From Cetorhinus maximus (lineage: Eukaryota), in the NCBI RefSeq assembly GCF_964194155.1, contig NC_135893.1:29140001-29204000 (forward strand): a stretch of DNA of 64,000 bases, written 5' to 3'. Under the pieces are notes generated by a model. The model ran no database searches and was not told where the DNA came from. It saw only the letters and a program-made list of their open reading frames with translations. Positions 38,323-51,700 of this stretch are shown here, piece by piece. How positions within the stretch are numbered: position 1 is the first letter of the stretch; each line of letters begins with the position of its first letter. The position numbers and the translations under genes are program-made.

Positions 38323-39012
38323 ATAGACTTTATTCTTAAGGTTTGTAGAAGTACATCATGTAACAGTTTGACTTTGACATTACACACTGTGTAATACATT
38401 TCAATTTCTTTCCATACACTATGTGACATTTTGAGGTTCCTCAGTGCACCTACAGGGTTTAACCTTGGGAAAATGGACAGCGATGGACATGGCAGTGGCC
38501 ATACAAATGCAGGTGGTAGTATTGGGTCAGGCCCTCAAGCTCATGACAATGGGACACAATTTCACGCGGGACAGATGGCAAGTCGAGTGGGGAATCCAGT
38601 CCCAATGTCAAACTGAGCAATTGAGAGGTAATGAAGATGATTGAGGAGGCAATTGGAAGTGATGCTATGAGCTCCTCAGATCTTTGTGAGTAGTGCACAG
38701 GTTACACAAGGGGCTGGAGCCATGGCAGCTTTTAAAGGGCCACAGCAGGGTGACTGCTGTTGGTGTTTGTGCACTTGGCATCCTTTCACTGCGGCACTTT
38801 CGTTTTAATGAAAAGAAAGAAAAGGGAAGCATTTGTTTGAGCTTGAAGTTGCCTTGAGCATTTAGTTATCTTGGCAGGGGGCTGTTTGGAGAGGTGCCTA
38901 ATAGAGGGGGTGTACTGGGTAGTGTTTTAGCAATGATTGGAAGAGTACCCTCTTATAGCGGTAATGCTCAGGGTGGCATGTGCATTGTGAATTTCAGAAC
39001 AGGTCCCTCCAG

Positions 39013-40170
39013 CATGGAGGAGAACATGAGAGAGAGGGAGGAGCGGGCAAACAGACAACAGCAACCTCCTGGTCACTTGCAGGAGCAGCTGTGTGATGGG
39101 GGAGCTGCAGAAGGCCACTGAGGGGACCAGGCACAGAGGTTGGCATGGAAACAAAGGTAACCAGTGGACAGAGTGAATGGAAGATGAATGTGCTATCTCC
39201 AGATGTAGACCAGCAGTGTTGTGGGAGCCTGCACCCGTTCCAAGAGGCTGTGGCTGATCTGTCCATCACGGTAGTGGAGGTGGTGAACTGTGATTGCACT
39301 GGTGGGAATCTGATGCCAGTGGCTCTCGAGGGTACTGTGGCCCTGAGTTTCTATGCCTCAAGCTCATTCCAGAGGCCCAATAGAGTCATGTGCGGCATCT
39401 CACAATCAGCCACCGATCACTACATCAAGGTGGTGACAGATGCCTTCTGCAGGAGACCAACTATACATTGAGTTTACAACGGATGCTGAGAGAGACCGAG
39501 GCTTTGGTGCCATGGCCGGATTCGCCCATGTGCAAGCTCTCATTGACTGCATGTATGTGGATATCAAGACTCACATAGGCCAGCCAGCAGCCTTCATTAA
39601 CTGAAATGGATTTCACTCCCTCAACATCTAACTCATCTGCAACCACCTCAGCAGATCCTGCAGATGTGTGCTCATAATCTTGGGAACAGTCGTAATGCTT
39701 CCATTGTCCAGCAGTCCCAGGTGCTACAGCGTTTCCTCCTCCCAGAGTGTCTGCAGGATACCTGCTGGCAAGTTTACCCACTGAAGATGACACCAGCGAC
39801 AAACTCAAGGAATGAGGCAGGGGAACGCTATAACACGAGCCAACCTACGACCTGAGTGACCATTGAGCAAACCGCTGACCTCCTCCAAAGTGGTATTCAT
39901 GTGCCTGCAATGGGCAGATGGGGCACTTCAATATGTCCCAGCAAGGCTGCCCCAGATTGTAGTTGTCCATTGTGCTTTGCTCAAGCTGGTGTTGCAGGGG
40001 TCGGGGGAGGCGCTGGCTGCTGAAGACGCAGTAGAGGCATTCTCAGACAAGGAGGAAGCCGAGGAGGAGCGGCAGCATCCTGACATTCATGAGGGGCTGT
40101 TCAGATGGCACCAAGATCTAGGTGCAAGAGGAGACTTGGGGGACACTTATACCCTCGCTTTTCACCTGAC
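39013..40170 (+). pseudogene. Harbinger (HARBI1-like DDE) transposase, disrupted, element A
   Basis: TVALSFYASSSFQ...CGISQSA, IDC.YV.IK, GFHSLNI.LIC and ADGALQYVPARLPQIVVVHCALLKL, with stops and frameshifts. Confidence 0.85.
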
Positions 40171-40979
40171 TCTTACCACTTCAGCCACCCAGACAAATAA
40201 AGATCCACCCTCCAAGCACGTTTTTCCTGGTGATATAAATCCAGGAAACGATTGTTCTCTCCCCCCATCAATGGCGGGCTGCTTTTCCCGTTGTCGACAT
40301 CGGGAACTTAATTTAACTACGTTTGCATCTCATTATTGCCACCATACGCTGGAATCACCTAGTGACCTGAACTTTGAGGGGAACTTGGGGGTGATGCACA
40401 CAAGTTAGCGCAGCCCCCATGAGGATCCCAATGCAAGGAAGCAGCTCCATGGATTCAAGGGGCCTCACAGGTAAGTCTCCACAGCGGCTTCTTTGTGGCT
40501 GGCTTGTGGTGTCGGGGCAAGGGCTACAGTGCTGGAGAGAAGGCCTCCTCAGGGTTAGGGCTACAGTGCAAGCGGAGTCATGGCAGCACAGGCTGAATGT
40601 TGCACACAAACATATGTTGGGTGACAAAACGGTCCAGCAAATGGAAAAACATGACAAAGGTGAGCTCTCTTCTGTTGCTGAGACTGTCTAGCTTGAGCTC
40701 AATTGACATGCTTGGATTCAGGCTAGTCAAGCAATTGTGCCCACTCAAGCAGCACTAATACCTGAGAATGCCAATGATTGCCCCTCTACTTTAACCCCTC
40801 ATGCACAGGCTTCAAACTCGAATGAATGCCATGGTGCTGCAGAGCCACTAGGTGACTGGGCAAGATTGAGGATCCCCTTGGGAAAGGTGGCCATGGAACA
40901 CTGGTGGAGGGGTGCGCTCCTAGTCCCCTGTATTATGTTTAAATAGACATTGAAAAGTCACCCTCATGGTCCAAGCACT

Positions 40980-41699
40980 GGGATTTGCTGAGATTTCCAG
41001 ATTCCCACAGGTTCAGGGGGCCTTCACTGCACTCACATGACCCTTAAATCGCCCTGGCAACATGCAGTCCAGTAGGTGAACCACAAAAGCTTCCACTATC
41101 TCAATGTTCAACTGGTCTGCGACCATAGCAAACGGATCATGCAGCTGTGTGCGAAATACCCTGGATGTGGCCACGACTCGTACATCCTCAGCAGGTGTCA
41201 GATCCCTGACATCTTCCAGGGACCACATGGGATGCAGGGCTGGCTCTTCGGGGGAAAGGGCTAACAGGAAAGGGTGTGGCTGATGACGCCCGTGCAGCAG
41301 CTTCAGACTCCTGGTGAGAGGAGTTATGACGAGGCTCATGCTGCAACCCAGGGTTTGGTGGAGCCATACAGATCCTGAAAATGAGGTTCTGGTAGCTGGA
41401 CAGATCTGGCGGAGCCCTGCAGCACACTCCCCAGAGAGTGTCATGCATGCAATCTGGCGATGCAAACGGAGGTGGGGGGGAGGGGGTGGTGGGGTGGGGG
41501 GTGGTACCTGGATGATGAGGAAATGAAAGAGCTACATGTTTTCTCCGATGAGGAGCAAGTCGAAGGGGATGATGATGATGAGGTCCTGGAAGACAAGGAT
41601 ACAGGAGATGAGGTCATTCCACTGGTCAGACAAGACAAGCACACTCGTGAGGCCCTCATTGCCACAATGTTCCAGGAGGATGATGACGAGATGCAGTGA
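40980..41699 (+). pseudogene. Harbinger transposase, 5'-truncated and disrupted, element B
   Basis: GFAEISRFPQVQGA, NHKSFHYLNVQLVCDHSKRIMQLCAKYPGCGHDSYIL, GWLFGGKG, and an acidic C-terminus ending REALIATMF. Confidence 0.88.
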
Positions 41700-42281
41700 G
41701 GACACTCCTGAGATCTTCACATTGCATCTGGGAATGTCTGACACCTGTCTGGCTGAGGGCAGCGCACAGACGCTCTGTGAAGAGGCTCAGTTCATGCAAA
41801 CGCTGCTGAGATACAGCAGGCACACGGACTTTAACAGCACTTAATCCTTTGGCAGGCTTCATCATCTGTTCCCTTCAGCATTACACCTTCACCTGTCAGG
41901 AATGCTGACATGATGGGGGGCTGGGGGTTTGGTGGGCACAGCCCCACCTCTAAGGTGCTGAAAGCAGACAGAACATCACGGAACCCAGCGTGCTTGGGTA
42001 CGAGATTCCTGCAGCAAACACAATCCACATTGAGCTGCATGCAGCACTGATCTGGAGTTTGACTTTGAAGCTGGACTATCACTGTGCTCAGAAGGTTACA
42101 CACTGCACAGGGGAGAGGCCCTGGACTGTGACACTTGCCACAATTTTATGCAGGAACTAAGGATTCACATCTGATTGAGACAAATACTACTCATCATAAC
42201 AAGGAGCCATAGGCAAGGAGAGATTCTTGGGAGTGTACTTACAATGGTAGAGATTATGTGCAAGTGATTAATATCTGTGCC

Positions 42282-45200
42282 AGGATTACAGGTATCCCCG
42301 GGACATACAACGTTCCTCGGATTGCTGTTCCCGTCGCATTCTGAGATCCACACTCAGTGCCATGCGCCGCCATATGAACACACTCGACCTCTCCCTCCAG
42401 CAGCACCGCCGCACCCTTTTTCAAAGCTGCGCGTGCCCCCAGTTTCATTTTATTCTTCGTCTCATCTGACTCCTCAACAAGAAACTTTTTATCTTTCTCT
42501 CAAGTGCTAAGGAACGCAAGCTCCAACAACTCATCGACACCAACACCCATCCAGGACCCTCCACCCCTGCTTGTCCCTCCATCCCCACCCCATCTTCCAA
42601 TCCCAGCCCCGGCCGTGTATTCACTATATCCCCTGACCTTCCCCTCTCCGATGCTGAACGTTCAGTGCTCAGCAAAGGACTTAGTTTCATACCCTTACGC
42701 CCTCATCTCAATGCATTTCGGGCTCGGCACGATGCTGAACTCTTCTTCCGCCGCCTTCGTCTCCGTGCTCACTTCTTTGGGCAGGAGTTCTCTCCCCGTT
42801 CAACGGATCCTTTTACCCACCTCCAATATTCTCCCTCCACCTGGACCCTTCCCTCTGGATTCTTACCTTCTCTTGATCTGTTCATTGAGAACTGTCGGCT
42901 TGACATTAGTCGTCTCAATTTCTCTGCTCCTCTCACCCATTCTAACCTGTCTGTCTCTGAACTTACTGCACTCCGTTCTCTCAGGTCCAACCCTAACATT
43001 GTCATCAAACCCGCTGACAAGGGTAGTGCTGTTGTTGTCTGGCGCACTGACCTCTACCTTGCGGAGGCTGAGCGTCAACTCGCAGACACTTCCTCCTACC
43101 TCTCCCTGGACCATGACCCCACCACTGAACATCAAGCCATTGTTTCCAGGACTTTCACTGACCTCATCTCCTCTGGAGATCTTCCTTCCACAGCTTCCAA
43201 CCTGATAGTCACCCAACCTCGGATGGCATGCATCTACCTCCTACCCAAAATCCACAAACAGGACTGTCCCGGCAGACCGATCGTGTCAGCCTGTTCCTGC
43301 CCCATGGAACTCATTTCTCACTATCTTGACTCCCTTCTCTCTCCCCTTGTCCAGTCCCTTCCCACCTACATCCGTGATTCCTCTGACACCTTACATCACA
43401 TCAACAATTTCCAGTTCCCTGGCCCCAACCGCCTCCTCTTCACCATGGACGTCCAATCCCTTTACACCTCCATCCCCCACCAGGATGGTCTGAGGGCCCT
43501 TAGCTTCTTCCTTGAACAGAGGCCCCAACAATCCCCATCCACCACTACTCTCCGTCTGGCTGAACTTGTTCTCACACTGAACAATTTCTCCTTTAACTCC
43601 TCACACTTCCTCCAAATAAAAGGTGTGGCTATGGGTACCCACATGGGCCCCAGCTATGCCTGTTTCTTTATGGGGTATGTGGAACATTCCTTGTTCCAGG
43701 CCCCCTCCCACAACTCTTTCTCCGGACATCGATGATTACTTCGGTGCTGCTTCATGTTCTCGTCGGGACCTGGAAAAATTTATTAATTTTGCTTCCAATC
43801 TCCACCCCTCCATCATTTTCACATGGTCCATCTCTGACACTTCCCTTCCCTTCCTTGACCTCTCTGTCTAAATTTCTGGTGATAGATTGTCCACCAATAT
43901 CCATTACAAGCCTACCGACTCCCACAGCTACCTTGACAACAGCTCCTCACACCCCGTTTCCTGTAAGGACTCCATCCCATTCTCTCAGTTCCTTCACCTC
44001 CATCGCATCTGATGATGCTACCTTCAAAAACAGTTCCTCTGACATGTCCTCCTTCTTCCTTAACCGAGGTTTTCCACCCACGGTAGTTGACAGGGCCCTC
44101 AACCGTGTCCGGCCCATGTCCTGCGCATCCGCCCTCACGCCTTCTCCTCCCTCCCAGAAACATGATAGGGTCCCCCTTGTCCTCACTTATCACCCCACCA
44201 GCCTCCGCATTCAAAGGATCATCCTCCGCCATTTCTGCCAACTCCAGCATGATGCCACCACCAAACACATCTTCCCTTCACCCCCCCCGGCGGCATTCCA
44301 TAGTGATCGTTCCCTCTGGGACACCCTGGTCCACTCCTCCATCACCCCCTCCTCCTCAACCCCCTCCTATGGCACCTCCCATGTGAACACAAGATATGCA
44401 ACACCTGTGCCTTCACTTCCTCTCTCCTCACCGTCCAAGGGCCCAAACACTCCTTTCAAGTGAAGCAGCATTTCACTTGCACTTCCCTCAACTTAGTCTA
44501 CTGCATTCGTTGCTCCCAATGTAGTTTCCTCTGCATTGGAGAGACCAAACGCAGACTGGATGATTGCTTTGCAGAACACCTTCGGTCTGTCTGCAAGCAT
44601 GACCCAGACCTCCCTGTCGCTTGCCATTTTAACACTCCATCCTGCTCTCTTGCCCACATGTCTGTCCTTGGCTTGCTGCATTCTTCCAGTGAAGCTCAAC
44701 GCAAACTGGAGGAACAGCACCTCATCTTCCGACTAGGCACTTTATAGCCTTCTGGACTGAATATTGAGTTCAACAATTTTAGATCTTGAACTCCCTCCTC
44801 CATCCCCACCCCTTTTCCGTTTCTTCCCCCTCCTTTTGGTTTTTTCCAATAAGTTATATAGATTTTTCTTTTCCCACCTATTTCCATTATTTTTAAATGT
44901 ATTCCACCCATCATTTATCCATACCTTTTATGCCCTTTCAGTCTTATTTCACCCCACCCCCACTAGAGCTATCTGTACCTTGCTTGTCCTGCTATCCACT
45001 CTTAATTAGCACATTCTTTTAGATAATATCACCACCTTCAACACCTCTTTGTTCTTTTGTCTGTGACATCTTTTGGTTATCTCCTCCTATTACTGCTTGC
45101 TTGTCCCAACAACCACCACCGCCCCCCCTTCTCCCCCACCCCCTCCCACCCCTTAAACCAGCTTATATTTCACCCCTCTCCTATTTTTACTTAGTTCTGT

Positions 45201-45302
45201 TGAAGGGTCATGAGGACTCGAAACGTCATCTGTGCTCTTCTCCGCCGATGCTGCCAGAACTGCTGAGTTTTTCCAGGTATTTCTGTTTCTGTTTCTGTTT
45301 TC
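42282..45302 (+). mobile_element. Penelope-like retroelement (RT + GIY-YIG), inserted in Harbinger element B
   Basis: LSKGLSFIP, IVIKPADKGSAVVV, YLLPKIHK..CPGRPIVS, DVQSLYTSIP, GVAMGT, IDD and GIY-YIG (NLVYCIRC..C...CIGETKR). Perfect 12-bp TSD aatatctgtgcc (42270-42281, 45303-45314). Confidence 0.95.
45193..45231 (+). ncRNA. Minimal hammerhead ribozyme motif of the Penelope element (variant core)
   Basis: agtt-CTGTTGA-a-GGGTC-atgag-GACTC-GAAA-cg-TC-atct. The core deviates from CUGANGA at one position and stem I has one mismatch. Confidence 0.7.
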
Positions 45303-45363
45303 AATATCTGTGCCCACATTGTGCAACTACATCTTCTTGACCTTTCTAACCCTGCCACTACAG

Positions 45364-47010
45364 CTAGGTCATCCCCGACATCCACAGCGGAGGTGGAAGC
45401 AGCCTGCTGACTGCTACGCCCTGCCTGTGATGACCTTGGTGAGATCCTCTGGAGGGCTGCTTTCGGGGTCCTGCTGTGTGGCAGTGCCACACTTCTCGGC
45501 CTGTGGAGCTGGAGCTGCTGCGGTCACAGGAAGAGAGGATCCAATGGGCCTGGGTGGATGGCCCCGGGGTGTGCATCTGCTGATCCTCCTCCCTATGGGT
45601 GCCTGAGGGCCCTTGGCTGACTCCTTGAGAGGAAGCAACAGCTGGAATGAGCACATGATGCCCCGCCCCCTCTCATGTTGACACTGGTGAATGTCAGCAA
45701 GCGCCTCAGCAATGGAGTGTAGCTCCTGCGACAGTGCAGGATTGTTGCCCTGGACCAAGGTCTCCACAGCGGCCGTCAACCTACCAGTGTTGGCCTTGGT
45801 GTGTTGGCATGCCGGCGCTATCATCTCAGACTGAAGGTGGATGGAATCCTCCATGGTGGCTTGCAATCAGGGGAGTGCAGCAGACATCCCTTCCTGATGT
45901 TCCCGAGCTTGCCTTTGCAGCTCCAGCAACTGTGACATGACCGAGTCCAGAGTCTCCTCTTCTGACTCAGACTCAGCAGATTTCTGGTCTCCAGCAGTCC
46001 TCCGAGTGCCTGAAATCTGGGAAGTCCCTGCCTCCGCCTGCTGTGGATCAGACAGTGCGATGTGTTCACCAGATTGTGACCCCGAGGTTACTCTAGAACT
46101 AAGTCCCACCGAGGTGTGTGTCTCTGCGTTGGTGGAGGTGTGGGTCAGCGCTGTGACGGGTCTTCAATGTCGGTGTCTGCGGATTCCTCTTCCGTGGTGT
46201 TCTCGGGGTTGGAGTTGAGGACCTGACCCATGGACCCCCTTGGCTGCTTCCCAGATGTGCCTGCAAAAGAAAGGAGAGATAATTAGTGCATGGCAGGGGA
46301 CTGCGGAACAGGGGAACTCACTCACAGTATGGTTGTCTGATGAATGTTGCACTGTTGGATTCTCACTAGGTTAAGCACAGCCAACCTCACTGTCAGCACA
46401 GGAGTGGCCCAGATCGCTGCCGGCCAGCTGGATGACTCTATTTTCAAAGTCTGTGAGGATCTTGATGTCAGGCATTCCTCCACCAGTCCGCGACCTCTCC
46501 CATTTATTGTGTGCCAGCTTGTTCTGCATGAATGCAGATGGAGAGAGTGTGAGCAGGACACCTGCTAGGCCAGGTGAAAGGATGCCTGGTATGTGTGAGT
46601 GGTGAGTGGAACCATGGATGGGATAAGGACACGATCCGCAGGGTAGATGAAGGTGTGTGTGAGAGAGTGAATGGTGATTTCTTTTGAACTGGCAGTGAGT
46701 GAGATCCCTGTGGATCTGGGATGGGCTTGTGACTGTATGAGTTGAGAGTGATGAGAAGAGTGACTTGCCCTGGTGGAACGGAAGAGATCATTCATCCTCT
46801 TCCTGCACTGGGTAGCTGTCCTCTTTTGCAGGGCACTGGCACTGACCACCGCTGCCACCACCTCCCATACTGGATTGGTGACCTTGTTTGCTGGTCATCG
46901 TCCAGAGTGGGGTCGAGGACTTTGCGATGGGCCTCCACTGCATCCAGTAGGTGTTCAAGGGAGGTGTCGCTAAATTTGGGGGCAGCGTGTTTCCTCCCTT
47001 TGGCAGCCAT
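45364..47010 (-). pseudogene. Harbinger Myb/SANT-like DNA-binding protein gene, three exons, disrupted
   Basis: Exon 1 (47010-46769): MAAKGRKHAAPKFSDTSLEHLLDAVEAHRKVL...RTATQCRKRMNDL. Exon 2 (from 46523): NKLAHNKWERSRTGGG. Exon 3 follows cttttgcag at 46260 and has a coiled-coil (LLELQRQAREHQE). Convergent with the transposase, as is typical of Harbinger elements. Confidence 0.85.
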
Positions 47011-47769
47011 CAGTTCCCAGCAGCTTCCTATCCCTTGAAGAGTGCTGGCTCTGAGCAGGAGTAGCCTTTAAACATGGCGCCCGGTTTACTGAAGGCCTGA
47101 GGTGACGGCGGGTCGGGTGAATCAGTAGTTGCCCTGCCAGCCACCCAGTGTGTTTCCCAGGAATGCATAATTTATGAGGTGGGATGCGCTGAGAAGGGGA
47201 CAATACGGCATAAAAAGCCGCCATTGTGGCCGTCATGTAAAACTTCTTTTTTCCCGCCTGCTACCGTACGTGGTACAAATCTGGGACAATTCCGCCCAGA
47301 GTCTCCGACTGAGCACGGGATCATATCCTGTTTGAACACACATCTAATCTGTGATTCATCTGGAATTCAAAAGGATCATAAATTTTAATGAAAGATGAAA
47401 GACACATTATGAAGCCTTACTGGAGTGTGGAGCGACTGTATGAGGTTGGATTCATGCTGGGCTCAGTACATGATGACTGTCACCTCGCATTCTCCCCTGA
47501 ACATTTCAAAGCATTTTCTGTCACTTCAAAAAGGCTTTATGTGAAATGTCTTATTGTAAACAGATGTCTCCTAGCAGCAAACCCTGCCCCATCAACAGAG
47601 GCCCCAAACCTCCGAACATATATTCTTGCTTTGTCTGTGCTATTCATTTCTGACATTATTCTTCCTTCTTTCTCCTGTTTCCTCATCCAAGGTTGCCATG
47701 GTGAACATTAAATTTTACTTGCCAAGGTCTTTTATGAAGGTTGAAGACTGGAATTGCTAGTGAGAGCTG

Positions 47770-48485
47770 ACAGGGTACCTGCAAAATGGTGAAAATCTAG
47801 AAACAGTGGAGGTTTAAAGAAACTTGGGATCTAAGTGCATAAATGCCATGAACAGGTACAGAAAATAATCAGAAAGGTTAACAAATGCTGAGCCTTTGTG
47901 AGGATTAGAATGCAAGGAGATCATGTTTCAGCTATACAAAGGACTGGTTAGACCACAGCTGGAATACTGGGAGCAGTTCAGGGTACCTCACGTGAAGAAG
48001 GATATCTTGGTCCTGGATGGAATGCAGCGATGATTTACTAGAAATATCCTGGACTCTGAGAGTTAAATTACAAGGAGATTAAATTACACAAACTGGAGTT
48101 GTATTCTCTGGGATTTAGCAGGCTATGGGGTGATTTGAATGATGTTTTCAAGATATTAAGCGGAACGATAGGCTAGGTAGAGAGAAACTATTTCCTCTGG
48201 TTGGCAAGTCTAGAACTGGGGGTCAAAGTCTAAAAATTTAAGCCAGACTTTACAGGAATGAAATTAGGAAACATTTCTACACTAAAAAGGTGGTAGGTTG
48301 GAATTACCTTCCAGCAATGCCAATTGATGCTAGATCAATTATTAATTTTAAAACTGAGACTGATTGATTTTTGCTAACCAAAAGTATCAATGGATATGGG
48401 GCAAAGTCACAGTTAGTCATGATCTCATTGAATGATGGAATAGGTTCGCGAGGCTAAATGCCTACTCCAGCTCCTATGCTCCTAT
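47770..48485 (+). mobile_element. CR1 3' fragment, followed by a DeuSINE 3' part (about 48490-48690)
   Basis: ctggttagaccacagctggaatac (LVRPQLEY) and the CR1 3' UTR, then gctatataaatgcag. Confidence 0.8.
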
Positions 48486-48729
48486 GGGGTCTCCCTGGTG
48501 CCCTGGCCAAAATTTAACCCTTAATCCACATTACTAAAACAATATCCCATTGCTGTTTGCGAGGACTTGCAGTGTCCATATAGGCTGTTACATTTCCTAC
48601 ATTACAATTACTACATTTCAATAAGTATTAACTTGGCTGTAAAGCACTTTGGGATGTCTTAAAAGATGCTATATAAATGCAGTATTTCTTATATAATAGT
48701 GTTGGGCACTGTCTATTTATTTTACCGGA

Positions 48730-51700
48730 GTAGGAACACAGAGTGGAGGTGATGAAGACTGACTGTGACAAAGAAGGAGTGCTCACTTGGGAATTTGGTA
48801 CAGGTGGGATACCTCTGGTAAGTTTTTCTCAAGCAATAATTTAGATTAACAGTCAGACCCTGACTTAGAACTTTAAAACTGAAAGCTAGTTAAAAAGTTT
48901 AGTTTAGCAGAAACTGCCAGGCAGTTGCAGTTGCCAGAATGGGTTTTAATTACTGTAGCAAGAAGTTGACTTAACGGTTGCAACTTGGGTGTGAGTCATC
49001 AGCCCTCTATAAAAGCAGACAGGTTTTGCAACTGCAGAGTGGGGGCATAGAATAGTGATAATGAGGCCTGAGTGCGAAAAGGAATGTATGCGAACTTGGG
49101 AATTTGGTGCAGGTGGAAATTCAAAGAGGCAAGCAGGTGCTCCTTTGTGGACATTTTTTTCAGACCCTGATAGTTGGTGAGTGTTCAAAGTCATTAATTA
49201 GGTGAGCGAGTAGGGTGATTGGTTGTTGAGTTATAAGACTTTTTCCCCTCTAAATGGGGGCAGTAGTTTAAACCAGAACTGCGGAGGTATAAATATTGAA
49301 TTAAATTTATAGCTTAACTAGGTAAACTACTTAATATGACTACAGACTACAGTTGAGTGATATTTCTAAATTTGAGACCTAATTAGTTAAAAAGATGGCA
49401 GAGCAAGTGATATGTTGCAGCTCTAGCATATGGGAGCTGGTGGACACGACTGTGATGCCCAGCAACTACATCTACATTAAGTATCTGCAGATTGAAAAAC
49501 TTTTGCTCGGAGGTTGTGAGCTGGAGTCTGAGGTTTGGGCACTGCAGTGCATCAGGGAAGGGGAAAATCACCTGAACATGTTATTCCAGGAGGCAGTCAC
49601 GCCCCTTAAACTAGGTACTTTGGATTTGGTCCATAGTCAGGGACAGGAGGGTGTGACTGTGAGTGAGGCAGGTATAGGGATCCAGAAGGTAGCAATGGAG
49701 GAGGCTCATTCCCAGTGTTGTTCAATAGGTTTGAGGTTCTTGCAGCTTGTGTGGATGAGAGCAGGGGCTGCAGGGTGGATAAGCAAATTAACCACAGCAC
49801 CATGATGCAGGGAGCCATTCAAGTCGGGGGAGTAAAAAGGAATGCAATTGTAGTGGGGGACGGTATAGTTATACGATAGATATGGTTCTCTGCAGCTGTG
49901 AGCATGAGTCCCAAAAGCTGTGTTGCACACATGGTGCAAGGGTTAATGACATCTCCAGGCTGGAGAGAAACGTGGAATGGGAGGGGAAAGATCCAGTTCT
50001 TGTGGTCCACATGGATATTAACAACATAGTTAGGACTAAGAAAAAGGCTATGCTGAGTAATTATGAGCAGATTGGGTGGATGGGATGGGGGAAGGGGGAG
50101 TGCTAAATTAAGCTCGATGTCTCTCCAGGTGCCCCTTCCCCTCAAGGAGTCAGGCCGGGGACCCCGGGCACCCGAAGGGAGGAGGAGCGGCAGCTGGACA
50201 CCCCTGAGTCATCCACTCAGGAATCTCAGAGGCTGTCCTCTCCCTCCGAGTCCCCTTTGCCTGTGAACCCCTCAACCTCGTCCTCTGTCATTGCAGAGGG
50301 AGCAGATGGCCAATGGGTGATTCTGGAGGGAGAAGTGGGTGTGCGGCAGGGCCTTTGGGTGCCTCGTGCAAGCACTCTCTCACACACATGGATCCTTCTC
50401 GTACCATACTCACCTCAATGTCCTGAGCATTTTGAATGCTGCCTGGCTGGGGTTTGCTTTCACTTGTCCATCTGAGCTGACCTGCATCTCCGTCCACCCA
50501 ATGACCACACTCCCATGCAGCACCTGATCTCGCCCACTACGACTGTTGTTTCACTTTCGATTTAGACAGCATGGTCTGGATTCGCTTTCTCGTCAGCTCC
50601 CCATCTTTTCCCTTCCCCCAGTCACCCATTTCTTTTCCCCCATCACTGTTGACCCCCCTGGCATCACCTTCCAATTCCCCTCCATGACCTACCAGCCACG
50701 ACCCTTTTCCTTCAGGGATGTCCAGGTGAATGTGCACATTCCCTTCCTTCCTGAAAATCCCGCCCCCATCCACATTCACCTTCCCAACCTCCTCCTTCCT
50801 AACCCTAGGGTACGTGTCTGCTTCCGAGTCCCCAGCAACCACCCTCCCACCCTACAGTCTCACTCTGCCCTCGATCATTCTCACCATCCCCTCATTCCAC
50901 GGCCACCCTCAGTTCATTCTCCAGGAGGCAGCCGTGGAACCATCAGAGCTCTCCCTTGCACATTCACCTGGAATCCCGCCTCCCCCCCCCCCCCCCACCC
51001 CCACCTCCCAGACTGCTTACTCCTCCGCACACCTTCCCCTCTTGGAACCCCCTACCCCCCAAGACTCCCCTGACCACTTGGTTCACCCACCCACCTCGGA
51101 CTCCAGCCCCACTTCGTCCTTCCCCCTTCCTGACTTCTTCAGACACTTTTACTTCTTCTGCCGCCCTTAGTCCTTAACCCCCCCCCCGACTCTTTCCTCC
51201 AGCTATACTTCTCCCTCCAGCCTTACTTCTTTCTCCATCCTTAGTCCTTCTGCCTTTCCGACTCCCTCCTCCACCCTTACTTCTTCCTCCAGCCTTAGTC
51301 CCTCCCCCTCTGCACTCCTTCCCCCCTCCAAACTCCTTCCCTTACACCTTCCATCCCCCTTACATCTACCTCCCCAGTTGCCATCTTTTCCCCTGACACC
51401 TTTATTCCCACTCTCCCAACCTCATTCCATCCGGCCACTTCATTTCCCCCTCCCAACCTCACCTCATCCTGGCACCTCTTCCTGTCCCAGTCGATCTTAG
51501 ACCTTCCTCTCCCACCCTGTGGCATATCTTCCTCTCACAAACTCAGCTGGACCTTCCTCTCCACCCACTCAACCATCATCCATTGTGAGCAGACCCTCAA
51601 CGGTGACTTTCCAACTTCCATGAGCTGCTTTGCAGCAGAGCCATGTCCATGAGAATCCACCCAGCATACCATGGGTGTTCCTCCAGGTTGCCGTTGGTGT

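Larger units (their letters stand above)
40980..47297 (+). mobile_element. Harbinger DNA transposon B (left end missing, right TIR present)
   Basis: Transposase plus convergent Myb gene, ending ...gggacaattccgccc at 47297, a TIR like the local MITE termini. Confidence 0.8.

Noticed and set aside
38520-38690. Possible extra Harbinger Myb exon-2 remnant ending in gtgagt
   Set aside because: Similarity too weak to support without an alignment.
39013-41699. Possible host HARBI1 gene
   Set aside because: Multiple stops and frameshifts, a convergent Myb partner and a TIR indicate transposon relics.
50546-51525. Proline-rich ORFs up to 175 aa
   Set aside because: They come from C/T low-complexity sequence inside a Harbinger derivative.
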